From: Nemertoderma westbladi
Taxonomy: Eukaryota > Animalia > Xenacoelomorpha
Length of the DNA: 64,000 nt
Reading direction: 5' to 3'
Assembly: GCA_032718475.1 (NCBI GenBank)
Contig: JAUCBJ010005164.1
Coordinates: 9,064-73,063 of the forward strand
Part shown: piece after piece, positions 41,501 through 56,500 of the stretch
How positions within the stretch are numbered: the first letter of the stretch is position 1
Layout: the number at the start of each line of letters is the position of its first letter
Program-made: the position numbers and the translations under genes
The notes under the pieces: model-generated
What the model saw: the letters and a program-made list of their open reading frames with translations, nothing else
Told to the model about the DNA's origin: nothing
The model's database searches: none

Positions 41501-44500
41501 CAAGGATTTCCTACCGGGCCAGATGCCTAATCGCAATCTTACCAAGGGCTTCGGTGATTCAGACATAATTGAACCGGAGACGTGCCGTTTCCACGGTTAC
41601 TACGCCCACTCAGGTGAGCCGGGCACCTCAGAATCGACTTACACTCTGACGACATTCTATTGGCACTCGATGGCGGCCAATCTAGCTTTCGTTATCGCTT
41701 TCGAGCATGTCGTCTTCCTCTTGCAGGTGGCGTTGGCCTACGCCATTCCTGATATGCCGGGACACGTGGCAAAGAGTTTGAAAAGGAGGCAGGAACGCCA
41801 AGGTAACGCTTTGAACATGGCTTTCGTCACTAACAACAATGAAAGACAGTTATTTTGATAAAACATTTGTGGCGGCCACCCTAGAAACGTACCTTAACGT
41901 AGAGAACATAGTTCTGAGATAAACGCATTTAAAGTTTTTACCTTGAAAATTTTGTTAAATTTTTTAAATTTTTTAAAATTTTTTAGCAGCTGATTCTACA
42001 TTCGCGATTTCAGCCAAATTCGGACAATTTCAGCCAAAATATGACTCACCCCCAGATGGCTGACTGATGTCCGAAGTCCAATTTTTCGTCCAAATATATG
42101 CCAATTTAAGCTAAAATCGGCCAATTTGAGTCAAAATGAGCCAAATTAAAATTTTCAACTTTTTGACAAAAATGTCAAAAATTATTCGAAAAGTGTTTTA
42201 GAAAAACGGCCATATCTCACAAACCAAACAAGATCTCGCTTAGCCGTTTTCATTTTCGAATTCTACGGAAAATTCTGCATCGAATGAAGCAATAAAACAA
42301 AAATTGACATTCCTACGCTAAGGTCCGTTTCTAGGGTGGCCGCCACATTTGCTTAATTTACACTGGTATTTACACTGGTACTATATCCTATTTAATAATT
42401 AACTAAATAAAATTACCGATAAATTTATTATTAGATGATTTGATACTTTGTGTCCCTGGTATTATATTGCACTATATTTTTCTATATATTATATACAATA
42501 TTATTACATCATATATTTAATATCATTCATGTACAATATAGCTTTAGGCATTGATATATTAGTACAATATATTTGGACATATAGCATTTATTTACATGTA
42601 TATATATTTATTTACATTAATTTTCAATTTACGTAAGACCTGTGAGTAAGGCCAGTATGCTACGAGTATAATTATAATATATTTATTACCACTGGAGTTA
42701 ATTTAAATTAATCTAGTGTTAATAATTCTCATTTATCTATATGCAGTTTATTTTTTTCATTTTATTATATCTGTGTAATGGTGATATTGTTTGCTTTAAT
42801 ACTACAGTATATAGTTGTATGGCATACATGTCATATACTGTAGTATATCTATAGTGTCTAATATTGTATAATGTTGAGTTCGAGTTGCAATATATATTCT
42901 CAATGTTACCGACTTTTCTTTTCTGGCTAAAGTATATATACTGCATATGAGTATAGATAGCTCCACTAAATATTTATGTGAATTGCTAAACTCACCTAGT
43001 TTGTTACTCGTTAATATCGTACTGCGTACTACAATGTTATTATCGTACTGCGTACTACAATGTTATTATCGTACTGCGTACTACAATGTTATTATCGTAC
43101 TGCGTACTACAATGTTATTATCGTACTGCGTACTACAATGTTATTATCGTACTGCGTACTACAATGTTATTATCGTACTGCGTACTACAATGTTATTATC
43201 GTACTGCGTACTACAATGTTATTATCGTACTGCGTACTACAATGTTATTATCGTACTGCGTACTACAATGTTATTATCGTACTGCGTACTACAATGTTAT
43301 TATCGTACTGCGTACTACAATGTTATTATCGTACTGCGTACTACAATGTTATTATCGTACTGCGTACTACAATGTTATTATCGTACTGCGTACTACAATG
43401 TTATTATCCTACTGCGTACTACAATGTTATTATCGTACTGCGTACTACAATGTTATTATCGTACTGCGTACTACAATGTTATTATCGTACTGCGTACTAC
43501 AATGTTATTATCGTACTGCGTACTACAATGTTATTATCGTACTGCGTACTACAATGTTATTATCGTACTGCGTACTACAATGTTATTATCGTACTGCGTA
43601 CTACAATGTTATTATCGTACTGCGTACTACAATGTTATTATCGTACTGCGTACTACAATGTTATTATTTGTGCTATCGCCTAAATTAATGACAAATAGTT
43701 AATATATTATAGTTGGTTATTGCAAAAAATGAAAAAAAAATCTTCAAGGGCTCAACTCATAACTATTGTTCCCATGGGCGGATTTAGGATATGTTACCGC
43801 AGCCGACCTACTCTTTCAATGGCGCACAATCCAGTTTGGCCGTCTTTTTTTCCGGATCCAACTCTATTTATACAGAACTAAAAGGCTCTCCAGACCAGGG
43901 AAGTAACAGGTAATAATAACCTGTCAAATAATGTTGGCCCCTATATTTGTGACAATATTAAATTCACGTGCTTTATCACAATAACCTTGGTATTATTTTT
44001 AAATTTTTTTAAATTTGCTGTTTATACGTGTATGTGACATTTATTTTTTTACATACTTTTTACCCCGCATTTTATTTGGGGTGGGTAAAAAAGTAGTGTG
44101 AACAGGTAAGAATGATAGGCCTACATCAAGGTCACTTACATCGGAAAGAGTGCCTTGTCAAGGGAACTGAAACAACATTTTTTTTCCAGTTTAGGAAACA
44201 GATTTAGTCCGGAGCAAATTTAATTCATAGACAGATACAATACAAGCCATGGGTGGATAGTGCCACACTAGGTCTGTTCGATATCCTCAAAGACGATATT
44301 GGAGAAAAATATCGCGAGTAAAAATATCGAGAGTAAAAATATCGCGAGTAAAATACATTTTCATGGTAGCTTTCGAAGGTTAATAGTGTTTTCTTTGGTA
44401 GCTATAGTGTTTTTGCAAAAAAATGTTTATTCTTAAATTGTAACTTTTTCGCTCAAATATAACTCAAAATCGGGAGAAAAAGTTACACTTTTTTCCCTAG

Positions 44501-47500
44501 AAAATAAAGTAACACATACGTTTGTATTGATTTTACCGGCGAAAAACGTAAAATTAAATATACTTGGTGGAATTTCTTAAATTTAATCTTAAATTAAATT
44601 AGAACACGGCGTAGAAAAGGTTTGCACGTAATTTGAGCAAAATCCATTCGCACACTCCGAAGTTATAGCAAATTTAGTGTCTACAATGTGCAAAGTGTAC
44701 TCCAAAACGGAACTCAATATCCACCATTGAATTGAATGTACTCTTCATTAATTAAAAACTCAACGTATAAGAATACAATTGAGGCAGTTAATACATAAGT
44801 AATATTTACTGATAATTCATTCATGATTTACTGATTTCGGAAAATAATACATTTACAATTTTAACTCTTTCACAATTTAACACCTCCACCTCCAGCTATA
44901 TTGCCAGTTTAAACACTTCTGAAAACACAGAGGAAAACTCAAAGTAGAGTGAGACACTAGAAACAAGTAATTCCTGCTTAGGTGTGTTGATGTGGTTCAT
45001 TATCGTGGCTCTTGTGGTCGTAACTACTGGTGAAGTATACTTTTCCGGAAATTTCCTTAAAATAACATATTTCCGGAAAACTATATATATCCCTATTTAT
45101 AACACTATTTCGTTCATTCTTTTATTAAAGAATTGAGCAACAAAAAAAGTACCAATTTAAGAATAAAATTATGTATCACATGGGGAAAAAACGTAGAATA
45201 TTTTTTCAATATCCTCTACACCCTGTATTAATTATTTGTTATAAATCATTGTTATTACTCGCGATATTTTTACTCGCGATATTTTTCATGTCCCACGCTT
45301 TGGGAATCACGACGATAATAGAAAACATCGCTTTCGCCAAGATCTAGATGAGAAATATGATGAACCTCATTCAATCTTATAATATATGTTTAACTATTTG
45401 GAATTTAATTGTTAATCAATCAATTTACTTACATTGTATTTACTTATGTTATGATTTTGCTGGGGACTATTAGATTGTTAAGTCGGGGTCGACTTGGTAG
45501 AAGATAGCGTGGAAAATTTCGCGACGAATTAAATTTAATAAACTAATAATTAATAACTATAATATTTAATAACTAACTAACATAAAGTAAAATTTTGCTA
45601 TATTGTAATTGTAAATAACAATTTTGTTATTTATAGAGCGTAAAATTTTAACTGTTAAATTTTTTATGAATGTGCATTAATAAGAAATTAAATTTATGAG
45701 CATATTAATTTGATAAGCATGCTAATTCTGGACAATATAATATATTCGGTTTAACTTAACAAATAATGAATGTAAATTATCTCAACGTATTGCCGCCTTT
45801 CATTACAAGCTAAACAGTAATTTCCATCCAAAATAGGAAAATGTGAGATTTCTTAAATTGTATATTATATTATAATACATACAAAGCTATCGTATTAACA
45901 CACATAATTAATTAACTGGTCACCCATAACCATTAAAATCTAAGTAGGACAAAGTGATATCTCCAACAAAATACGTACGACGTACGTTAAAAACAAATCA
46001 TACGCAATAATACCTAAAGTCTAGTACAAACACACGTGTGCCGTGTGTCCAAGTCTAGTCATACTGTACGCATCTACAAGTGCATCCATAGGTTGGTAGT
46101 AGGTACGTCCGTGTCCAATAATACGCAAGTCCAAGTCCATCATAAGTAGCTCCAAATGCAATAATACGTACGTCTTAATCAATCATAAGTCCTGCCAATA
46201 ATCATACATGTCGTAACCGATGGACTCGTCTTCATTAGTGATAAACATATGTTGCAAATAGCTGCACCTTCGCCAAATAAAATCGATCAGCTGATCAATA
46301 TAGTTAATGGACTCGCCGCCGGTACTCGTGATATAAACACTTGTAAGGCCATCTAGATTGCCAGAATCAAATATTTCTTCCATATCCGACACTATATGAT
46401 CGAATGAGGGTGAAGTAATATCTTCAATTTTAATACGAAGTTGAGTTAGTGATGGTAAATATTTCAGAGCTGTTATGAGACTCGAGTAACTTGACTCCAA
46501 TAGTCGTAAGTCGAGAGAGAGAATGGAGTTGACACAAACTATTTCATCTTCTCTCTGAAGCCTACAACCACTTAAAACCAAAGATTTTACATTAGGAAAC
46601 AAACAAGACAATTGTGATAATGAGACTGACTCGTTGCAACCTGATAAACTGAAGGAGATGACCTGAGGCATGATAACTCCCTCATGGAAGCCCCGAGCGA
46701 CAAGGTTGGGAGGATTGTGGGACATGTTTGCATCCAAAGACAATGAATATAACTTATCGAATTGTTTGAGCTTACGGAATAGGCCTGTTTCGGATTCATC
46801 GGTTATATTCCAACTCCAAAACAACTTGAGACTCTCCAAAGTATCCCGACAATAAGGAACAATGTACTCTAGATTCTTAGCAATAGGGACTCCCGGGCCG
46901 GTGTATAAAATATCTGCAGAGAACGGCCGGTCATAGAGATAAAAACTAGTGAAAGGAATTATCGGATTATGTTTCAAAGACAGTGGGAGCTGGAGCTGGT
47001 AACGGTGAATTAACTCATTGAGAAATTCCATGCTTCTATCTACAATTACGGTGAAACGCGGGTGCATTAAATGAAAATCAACTAGAGTTTCAATAGTCAA
47101 ATCATCACAGATACAGCCATCAAGAATTATGGTTCGCAGTTTCTCAAGTTTGGGCAGACAATAGAACAGAGCGAAGTCCAATCGACCCATAACGGAATCT
47201 GTAATGTGCAAAGTTTCAAGATTGGGACAAGAATTAGAGATGTTGCTAATAATCGTGAGATCTATATGGGAGAACTTAATCGTGGTGAGTTGAGGAAATT
47301 CACCAGAGAACGCAGACTCTAATATGAAGGGGTCAAAGAAGCCTGCAACTCTGGTGGTGTCCACTGTACGTAAAGCTACAGCCATCTTAGGAAACCATTC
47401 GATTAGAATAGGGACGATATCTTCAGGAAACTCTTTGAGAAATTCATCATCGAAAACCATATCAATAGGCCAAAAAGGCTTCAAACATTGCGATGGAAAA

Positions 47501-50500
47501 ATATCGGAATAAATTTCCATAATTTCTTCAAGAGTTGGTTTCTCTCGCGGATGAATATTGTTCCAGTCAAACATCAGTTCCAGTTGATTGTAAGAAAGAA
47601 TGTAAGCATGCAGCACATACTTATATATCTTAGTGAGGAGTTTGGGAGCCAAACCTTTGTGGAACCACTTCGATATGATGTCACTCTGGTCACCCTCGGT
47701 ACTACGATCTGCAACGTTTCCCCACTTCCTACTTTCAGCAGTTACAATCCCGCGGGCCAACGATCGTATTAAGTTGGCCATGGCGATTTCCTGTAACGTC
47801 AGAAGACGGCAATCGGATTTCAGAATAACCGGTCCCTTTCCTTTAGCTTTACTCGCGTACCGGTAGGCACACATTGTCTACCGGTATTCCTAATAAATAA
47901 CTTCTAATAACAAAGTACCGAACGGTAATTATAAAGAAAACCTAAACTGTACTCAGTACTATTTTAATTACAATACAAATATTTAATAAGGCTCGTTCGT
48001 TATTCAGATGTATGTTAATAAATAACAGAATGATGTTTTATTTAATTAGTGACAGTTTTATTTAGGTCAGTAGGGTTAAGGCCTGACCAACTAACCCTAA
48101 CCAAAATAATAAACCAAATATACCCATAATAAAACAATCATCCATTGATCCATAGCCTCAACAAATTCACTGTACCGTACAATCCCGTAAATTAAAAACA
48201 ATTTAGTATTTTGTATTGGAGTATTGGTGTATTCAGCCAATTTAGGAACCGGTATTGTATTATTGTAAGTACCGGTACTTGAAACGTGACTGTACCGAAC
48301 AGACGATTTATGGTAAGTTATTGCCAGCAGCAGCTATGGGTTTCACGCTCTAGGGGCCTACCGCACACCTTAAACAAGCGTATTAGCAGCTTAATTAAAC
48401 TGTTGGCCTAATTAAAATGGCCTCCCAATCCTACAATCACTGAATCAATACTACAACAGCAGTAAGCCTACTGCAGAAATAAAATTCAAATTTCCCGCTT
48501 AAATGCTAAAAATCCAAATACAATTAATTTTTTCGCCACAGATTGTGTCACATTGTACGAAAGTACTACAAATGTTAACGTTCGCATTGTACATATTATG
48601 TAGTTCAGTTGAGTAGCGAGGTTTCTGGCGCCCTGTGACTGGCGCTAACCCCCTCCCCCCGCATTTTAAAAGATATATAATATTGCTTGCCTTATCCAAC
48701 TACTGGTAAATATAAATAAGGCCCCAACACATTGTTAAATTATAAGAGAAAAGGCTGGCTGGGTGGATGACTGGGTCGGGGTGGAGGCATTATTGGAATG
48801 TGGCTGGGACTACAACGTTTAGATAATGTATGGCTTCCTTATCTTTATGCTTATAGACCGAATTTTCTAATTTGGCACCCTTCGCAAATAGACGCCCTGT
48901 AACACTTGTCCCCCTTAGTCGGCGTTAGAGCTTCGGGGCTGGCTAACCAAAACAATAAACGATCTCAATAACAATACAGCAGGGAAAGAAGCAGGTAACA
49001 GAGGCAAGCTTTTCTAACCAAAACAATAAACGATCTTGATAATAATATATGGAAATATATGGAGCAGGTTACAGGGGCGGGCTTCTCTATACAAAACAAT
49101 GAACGATATCATTAACAGTACAGGGAAAGGAGCAGGTTACACCAGAAGCAGGCTTTTCTAACCAAAATAATAAACGATCGACTTACAGTATGTACATATA
49201 TTGAAGGAAAGAAAACAGGTTATACAGAGTAGGCTTTTAAAGGGTAAGTAGGCTACTTAATATCAAAATTATGTAATTATAGATAATAAATTACGAACAG
49301 TATAGATAGTTACTACATTACATATCACAATCAGAATCGATACGTTGTATTGCAGTACTGAATATGCACAAGTAAAGTCTATAAATTAATTCTCTGTAAG
49401 TCTGATATACAGTAGGACTTAAGGGGGGGTATACCCCCCCATGAACCTTTTTTTTCAATGGCTGTCAATTAGTGTTAAATAAGAATATTGCTATTTTGTC
49501 ATGGTCAACCGCTGTATGGAAGGCCAAATAGCCTTTAAAGTAAAATTTGAAAATTTGTAGCCTCCCCTAGCGGCTGGCGGCGGAATTAAAGATTCAACTA
49601 AAATTGCTACTAGTTCCTCAATTTTGGTCCAAATTTCATGAAACCAACTTTTTTGGACTCAGCGTGATCGACTCTACAAAAGTTATCGTATAGAATTTTT
49701 AAATAGCCCATTGTATTTTAATTAATTAATTTTATTAATTAATTATCATATGTTTAATTAAAAATGGCTAATTAGAAAAAATGGTAATATTTATTAACTT
49801 TTATATTATTAACTATTAACTTTTGATAACTTTTAAAGAGCTTCCAAAGCTCGTTCGAATGAGCCATAAATTAAGAAAATTGGTTGAAAAATGACGGAGG
49901 AGTAGTAATTTGAATATGAAAAATGTCATTCCGAGAAAATGCCCTTCAAAGTTTAAACCGTCCCGCTAAAATTGGCTGTCTGTGTTCTGGTTGGTTAATT
50001 ATTTCTGGCACGAAGGATGCACACCAACGAGCTAAAATATTCATTACTGGGGTTTTCGGGGTCGCTGATTTCATTTCCGATGTCAGTTTTAATTTTTGGT
50101 GGAATCTAGTCTATCTGTCTGTCTGTCGGTCTTCTGTCTTTCTTACAATTTGACGGACAGACCGTCATACGGAAAAACAGTGATAACTCGAGAACTGAAA
50201 GAGGTCTCACTAAGCGGTTTTCAGATTTGTAATCCTCATTAAATTCTGCTCTAGGTGAAATAAAGAAACCAGAATTTGAAAATTTTACCTGAGGGGGGGG
50301 GGGGGGGGGGGGGGGGGCGTGGGGTATACCCCCCCCCCCCCCCCCCCCCCCCCCTTAAATCTGAAATAAAACTGGCGCAAAAAAACGTCAAAAAAAACTG
50401 AGAGAAAATTAAAAAAGAGATTTACGGGAGCGGTGTAACTGTGGTCGACTACTAATCAATGATGTTGGATGGATCTCCAAGACAAATCGGTGTTCATAAT

Positions 50501-53500
50501 ACGTCGTTACATTTTAGACAATAATATTATTATTGTTTTTGTTTGTTATATGTAAATATCAGGTTTGCGGTGATTAAACTAACGAACAACCTAGGCCTAA
50601 TTACCCGAATGGACCAACTCACCTTGTCTGCAAGTGCACGTAAATCCAGGGAAGTTATCTACGCAGTCAGCATTGATATGGCAGTTGTGGGTACCAGCGG
50701 TACATTCGTTAATGTCTGCATGTGGAAAGTAAATTAAAATTAAAGTATATTGTAATGGTCGGGTCGGTTATATTCAAATTAACTTGATGTTAAGGCAAAA
50801 TTACAGTATCTAATAATACGGGCGCATTTACTTGGAAGTTAATTGAAACTAAGGAAAAAATAAAATATCGGAATTAAATAAAGTATAATTTTTTTGGCTA
50901 CCACAACTGGTCTTCCCGTGATAAATAAAGTATAACGTACTGCGACAGGTGGTCGGGTCTCCAGTTGGTTCGAATCCTGGTAGGCATTCGCAGGTAAAAG
51001 TCCCAAGTCCTTCTACACATATAGTAGTCTGCCTGTCGCAGTTATCACGCCCCAGTGCGCAGTTTTCAACGGCTACAAATAAGTAAAAGTCACAAACAAT
51101 TCATTTAATAAGTAAACGAAATAAACGAAAAAATCCAACAACAGTTAACACGAGAGAACGTTATGTTACAACCTAGTATTTACCTGAAATAAAGCTTAAG
51201 TGGGTGTTGTTATGGCTATGGGCAACACAAATGAGAGTAATACAATTGTTGATTCGCAAAAGTGGGAAAAAAATAAATTCAAAAAAAGTTATAGTGTATT
51301 ATAGACGGGGCAAACACAAGAACGCAGTTTAAATACTTACGAATGCATTCACCATACCCATCTCCGTCTGGGTCGTGCAAAGTAAATCCTTCCAGACAGG
51401 TGCAGTGGAATCCTCCTGGAAAGTTCTCGCAATAAGACACAGACTCGTCGCAGTCATCTTCTCCCTCAACACATTCGTTAAAATCCTCACATTCTTCGGT
51501 GTCATAGTTATAATCGAAGCCCTAGAAGGAAGACACATAGTTCCACTAGGAATTTGTTATTATTTTAAAACAATTTTCATTCAACTTAACGTAATAATAT
51601 TTGTGAGCATATTTCAATCTCCCCCACCTAATAATCTACCTCCAGTAATGTATGACTAATGTATGACTAATGTATGACTAATGTATGACTAATGTATGAC
51701 TAATGTATGACTAATGTATGACTAATGTATGACTAATGTATGACTAATGTATGACTAATGTATGACTAATGTATGACTAATGTATGACTAATGTATGACT
51801 AATGTATGACTAATGTATGACTAATGTATGACTAATATTATGACAATCTATACATTCCAATATATCAAATACATTCTCAACAAGGGTAGATCAAGATAAT
51901 TTAATTTATATCATCAAATAAGCGATGCTTTAATTATGGCTACCAATTAAAGTCATCCCAAAATTGATGAAAATTTCACCAAAAAAATTTTTTATACCAA
52001 ATTAAATAATGTGACCCCCAAAAAAATTACTCAACACCAAATAAAATAAAGTCACCCAAATAAAATTATTGAAACACCAAAATAAATTTTTCAAAACCAA
52101 AAAACATTATTCAACACCAAAACCAATTATTCAATACCATAATAAAAATGCTCCCCAAAACCAATTATTAGCACCAAAATAAATGACAATACCCCCAAAA
52201 TAATTACAAATTTTCCCAAAACAAATACATTTTAGCCCAAAATAAATACATTTTCCCCCAAAACAAATACCTTTTCCCCCAAAACAAATACATTTTAGCC
52301 CAAAATAAATACATTTTCCCCAAAACAAATACATTTTAGCCCAACATAAATACATTTCCCCCCAAAACAAATACATTTTAGCCCAAAATAAATACATTTT
52401 CCCCAAAACAAATACATTTTAGCCCAAAATAAATACATTTGCGCCAAAACAAATACATTTTCACCCAAAATAAATACATACAGTAATCCCCCAAAATATA
52501 TACTATACTACTGCAGCAATAGGCCTCGCACTTCCTGGAAGTTAGACAAAAAGTTCAGTACTGCCGTAATACGGAAACCTAATAACATAGGCAAAAATAG
52601 ATAGGCAATAAGGCCTAATAGGTAAGAATACTGTAACTGAAGACTGAAGCATGCGCCCATGTGAAGAATACCAGGATTTAATATAAAATATTTGGTGCTG
52701 GAATAATTTTTTTGATGACAAGTAATTATTTTTGGGGGAAAAATAATTGTTTTTGGGGAATCAATAATTGTTTTTGGGGGTAGAATAATTGTTTTTGTGG
52801 GATGAATAATTGTTTTTTGGGGGATGAATAATTGTTTTTTGGGGGAAGAATAATTGTTTTTGAGGGATGAATGATTGTTTTTGGTGAAATGGATATTCAA
52901 TATTGGGGGATGTGAATTGGTGATACAAAAAAATATATTTGGTGGAAAATAATTTATTTTGGTGTTAAATCATCTAATTTGGGGTGGCATTCAATTACTG
53001 GCGTTGAATTATTCATGTAATTTAATTTATCGTTCATTCCTTTCAAACTCATTCATTTATTTACTGAAAATGTTCCAGCTCACAAGCGGATTTTTGTATT
53101 AGAAGTGAATTTACAAAAGGTGTAATTTGATGTGTGTTAGCTTCCATGCTGAAGATACATCTTAGCCTATATAATGTCAATAGCTTTCTAGATTCATATT
53201 TACCCTACATTATGTTATAATAAATTAGTCATGCGCACTTCTATTAGCTCTGTGATTAACTCAACCTCAACTGACTGGTTGATAACTTCGTAATAGGAGA
53301 ATATTTAATAAAACTTACAGGAAAGCATTCACAGCTGAAACCTGGGTCCCCATCAATGCATCCTACTTACCGGGAAGCATTCACAGCTGAAACCTGGGTC
53401 CCCATCAATGCATTCTACTTACCGGCAAGCATTCACAGCTGAAACCTGGGTCCCCATCAATGCATTCTACTTACCGGGAAGCATTCACAGCTGAAACCTG

Positions 53501-56500
53501 GGTCCACAACAATGCATTCTACTTACCGGGAAGCATTCACAGCTGAAACCTGGGTCCACAACAATGCATTCTACTTACCGGGAAGCATTCACAGCTGAAA
53601 ATTGGGTCCACAACAATGCATTCTACTTACCGGGATGCATTCACAGCTGAAACCTGGGTCCCCATCAATGCATTCTACTTACCGGCAAGCATTCACAGCT
53701 GAAACCTGGGTCCCCATCAATGCATTCTACTTACCGGGAAGCATTCACAGCTGAAACCTGGGTTCACAACAATGCATTCTACTTACCGGGAAGCATTCGC
53801 AGCTGAAACCTGGGTCCACAACAATGCATTCTACTTACCGGCAATCATTCAAATCTGAAAACTGGGTCCCCATCAATGTATTCTACTTACCGGCAAGCAT
53901 TCACAGCTGAAACCTGGGTCCCCATCAATGCATTCTACTTACCGGGAAGCATTCACAGCTGAAACCTGGGTCCCCATCGATGCATCCTACTTACCGGGAA
54001 GCATTCACAGCTAAAACCTGGGTCCACAACAATGCATTCTACTTACCGGCAAGCATTCACATCTAAAACCCAGGTCCCCATCAATGCATTCTACTTACCG
54101 GCAAGCATTCACAGCTGAAACCTGGGTCCCCATCAATGCATTCTACTTACCGGCAAGCATTCACAGCTGAAACCTGGGTCCACAACAATGCATCCTACTT
54201 ACCGGGAAGCATTCGCAGCTGAAACCTGGGTCCACAACAATGCATTCTACTTACCGGCAAGCATTCACATCTAAAACCCAGGTCCCCATCAATGCATTCT
54301 ACTTACCGGCAAGCATTCACAGCTGAAACCTGGGTCCCCATCAATGCATTCTACTTACCGGGAAGCATTCACAGCTGAAACCTGGGTCCACAACAATGCA
54401 TTCTACTTACCGGCAAGCATTCACATCTAAAACCCAGGTCCCCATCAATGCATTCTACTTACCGGCAAGCATTCACAGCTGAAACCTGGGTCCCCATCAA
54501 TGCATTCTACTTACCGGGAAGCATTCACAGCTGAAACCTGGGTCCACAACAATGCATTCTACTTACCGGCAAGCATTCACATCTGAAACCTGGGTCCCCA
54601 TCAATGCATTCTACTTACCGACAAGCATTCACAGCTGAAACCTGGGTCCCCATCAATGCATTCTACTTACCGGGAACCATTCACAGCTGAAACCTGGGTC
54701 CCCATCAATGCATTCTACTTACCGGCAAGCATTCACAGCTGAAACCTGGGTTCCCCATCAATGCATTCTACTTACCGGGAAGCATTCACAGCTGAAACCT
54801 GGGTCCCCATCAATGCATTCTACTTACCGGCAAGCATTCACAGCTGAAACCTGGGTCCACAACAATGCATTCTACTTACCGGGAAGCATTCACAGCTGAA
54901 ACCTGGGTCCACAACAATGCATTCTACTTACCGGGAAGCATTCACAGCTGAAACATGGGTCCACAACAATGCATTCTACTTACCGGGAAGCATTCACAGC
55001 TGAAACCTGGGTCCACAACAATGCATTCTACTTACCGGGAAGCATTCACAGCTGAAACCTGGGTCCCCATCAATGCATTCTACTTACCGGCAAGCATTCA
55101 CAGCTGAAACCTGGGTCCACAACAATGCATTCTACTTACCGGGAAGCATTCGCAGCTGAAACCTGGGTCCACAACAATGCATTCTACTTACCGGCAAGCA
55201 TTCACAGCTGAAACCTGGGTCCACAACAATGCATTCTACTTACCGGGAAGCATTCACAGCTGAAACCTGGGTCCACAACAATGCATTCTACTTACCGGGA
55301 AGCATTCACAGCTGAAACCTGGGTCCCCATCAATGCATTCTACTTACCGGCAAGCATTCACAGCTGAAACCTGGGTCCCCATCAATGCATTCTACTTACC
55401 GGCAAGCATTCACAGCTGAAACCTGGGTCCCCATCAATGCATTCTACTTACCGGCAAGCATTCACAGCTGAAACCTGGGTCCACAACAATGCATCCTACT
55501 TACCGGGAAGCATTCGCAGCTGAAACCTGGGTCCACAACAATGCATCCTACTTACCGGGAAGCATTCGCAGCTGAAACCTGGGTCCACAACAATGCATTC
55601 TACTTACCGGGAAGCATTCGCAGCTGAAACCTGGGTCCACAACAATGCATTCTACTTACCGGCAAGCATTCACATCTGAAACCTGGGTCCCCATCAATGC
55701 ATTCTACTTACCGGCAAGCATTCACATCTGAAACCTGGGTCCACAACAATGCATTCTACTTACATGAAAGCAATCACAGCTAAAACCTGGGTCCCCATCA
55801 ATGCATTCTACTTACCGGCAAGCATTCACAGTTGAAACCTGGGTCCACATCAATGCATTCTACTTACCGGCAAGCATTCACATCTGAAACCTGGGTCCCA
55901 ATAAATGCATTCTACTTACCGGCAAGCATTCACAGCTGAAACCTGGGTCCACATCAATGCATTCTACTTACCGGCAAGCATTCACAGCTGAAACCTGGGT
56001 CCCCATCAATGCATTATACTTACCCGCAAGCATTCAGAGCTGAAACCTGGGTCCCCATCATTGCATTATACTTACCCGCAAGCATTCAGAGATGGAACCT
56101 GGGACCCCATCAATGCATTCTACTTAGCGGCAAGCATTCACAGCTGAAACCTGGGTCCACAACAATGCATCCTACTTACCGGGAAGCATTCACAGCTGAA
56201 ACCTGGGTCCCCATCATTGCATTATACTTACCCGCAAGCATTCAGAGATGGAACCTGGGACCCCATCAATGCATTCTACTTAGCGGCAAGCATTCACAGC
56301 TGAAACCTGGGTCCCCATCAATGCATTCTACTTACCGGCAAGCATTCACATCTGAAACCTGGGTCCACAACAATGCATTCTACTTACATGAAAGCAATCA
56401 CAGCTAAAACCTGGGTCCCCATCAATGCATTCTACTTACCGGCAAGCATTCACAGTTGAAACCTGGGTCCACATCAATGCATTCTACTTACCGGCAAGCA

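Noticed and set aside
42947-43702. Three overlapping 200-250 aa ORFs
   Set aside because: Produced by a stop-free 26-bp minisatellite; not near any splice junction that I could find.
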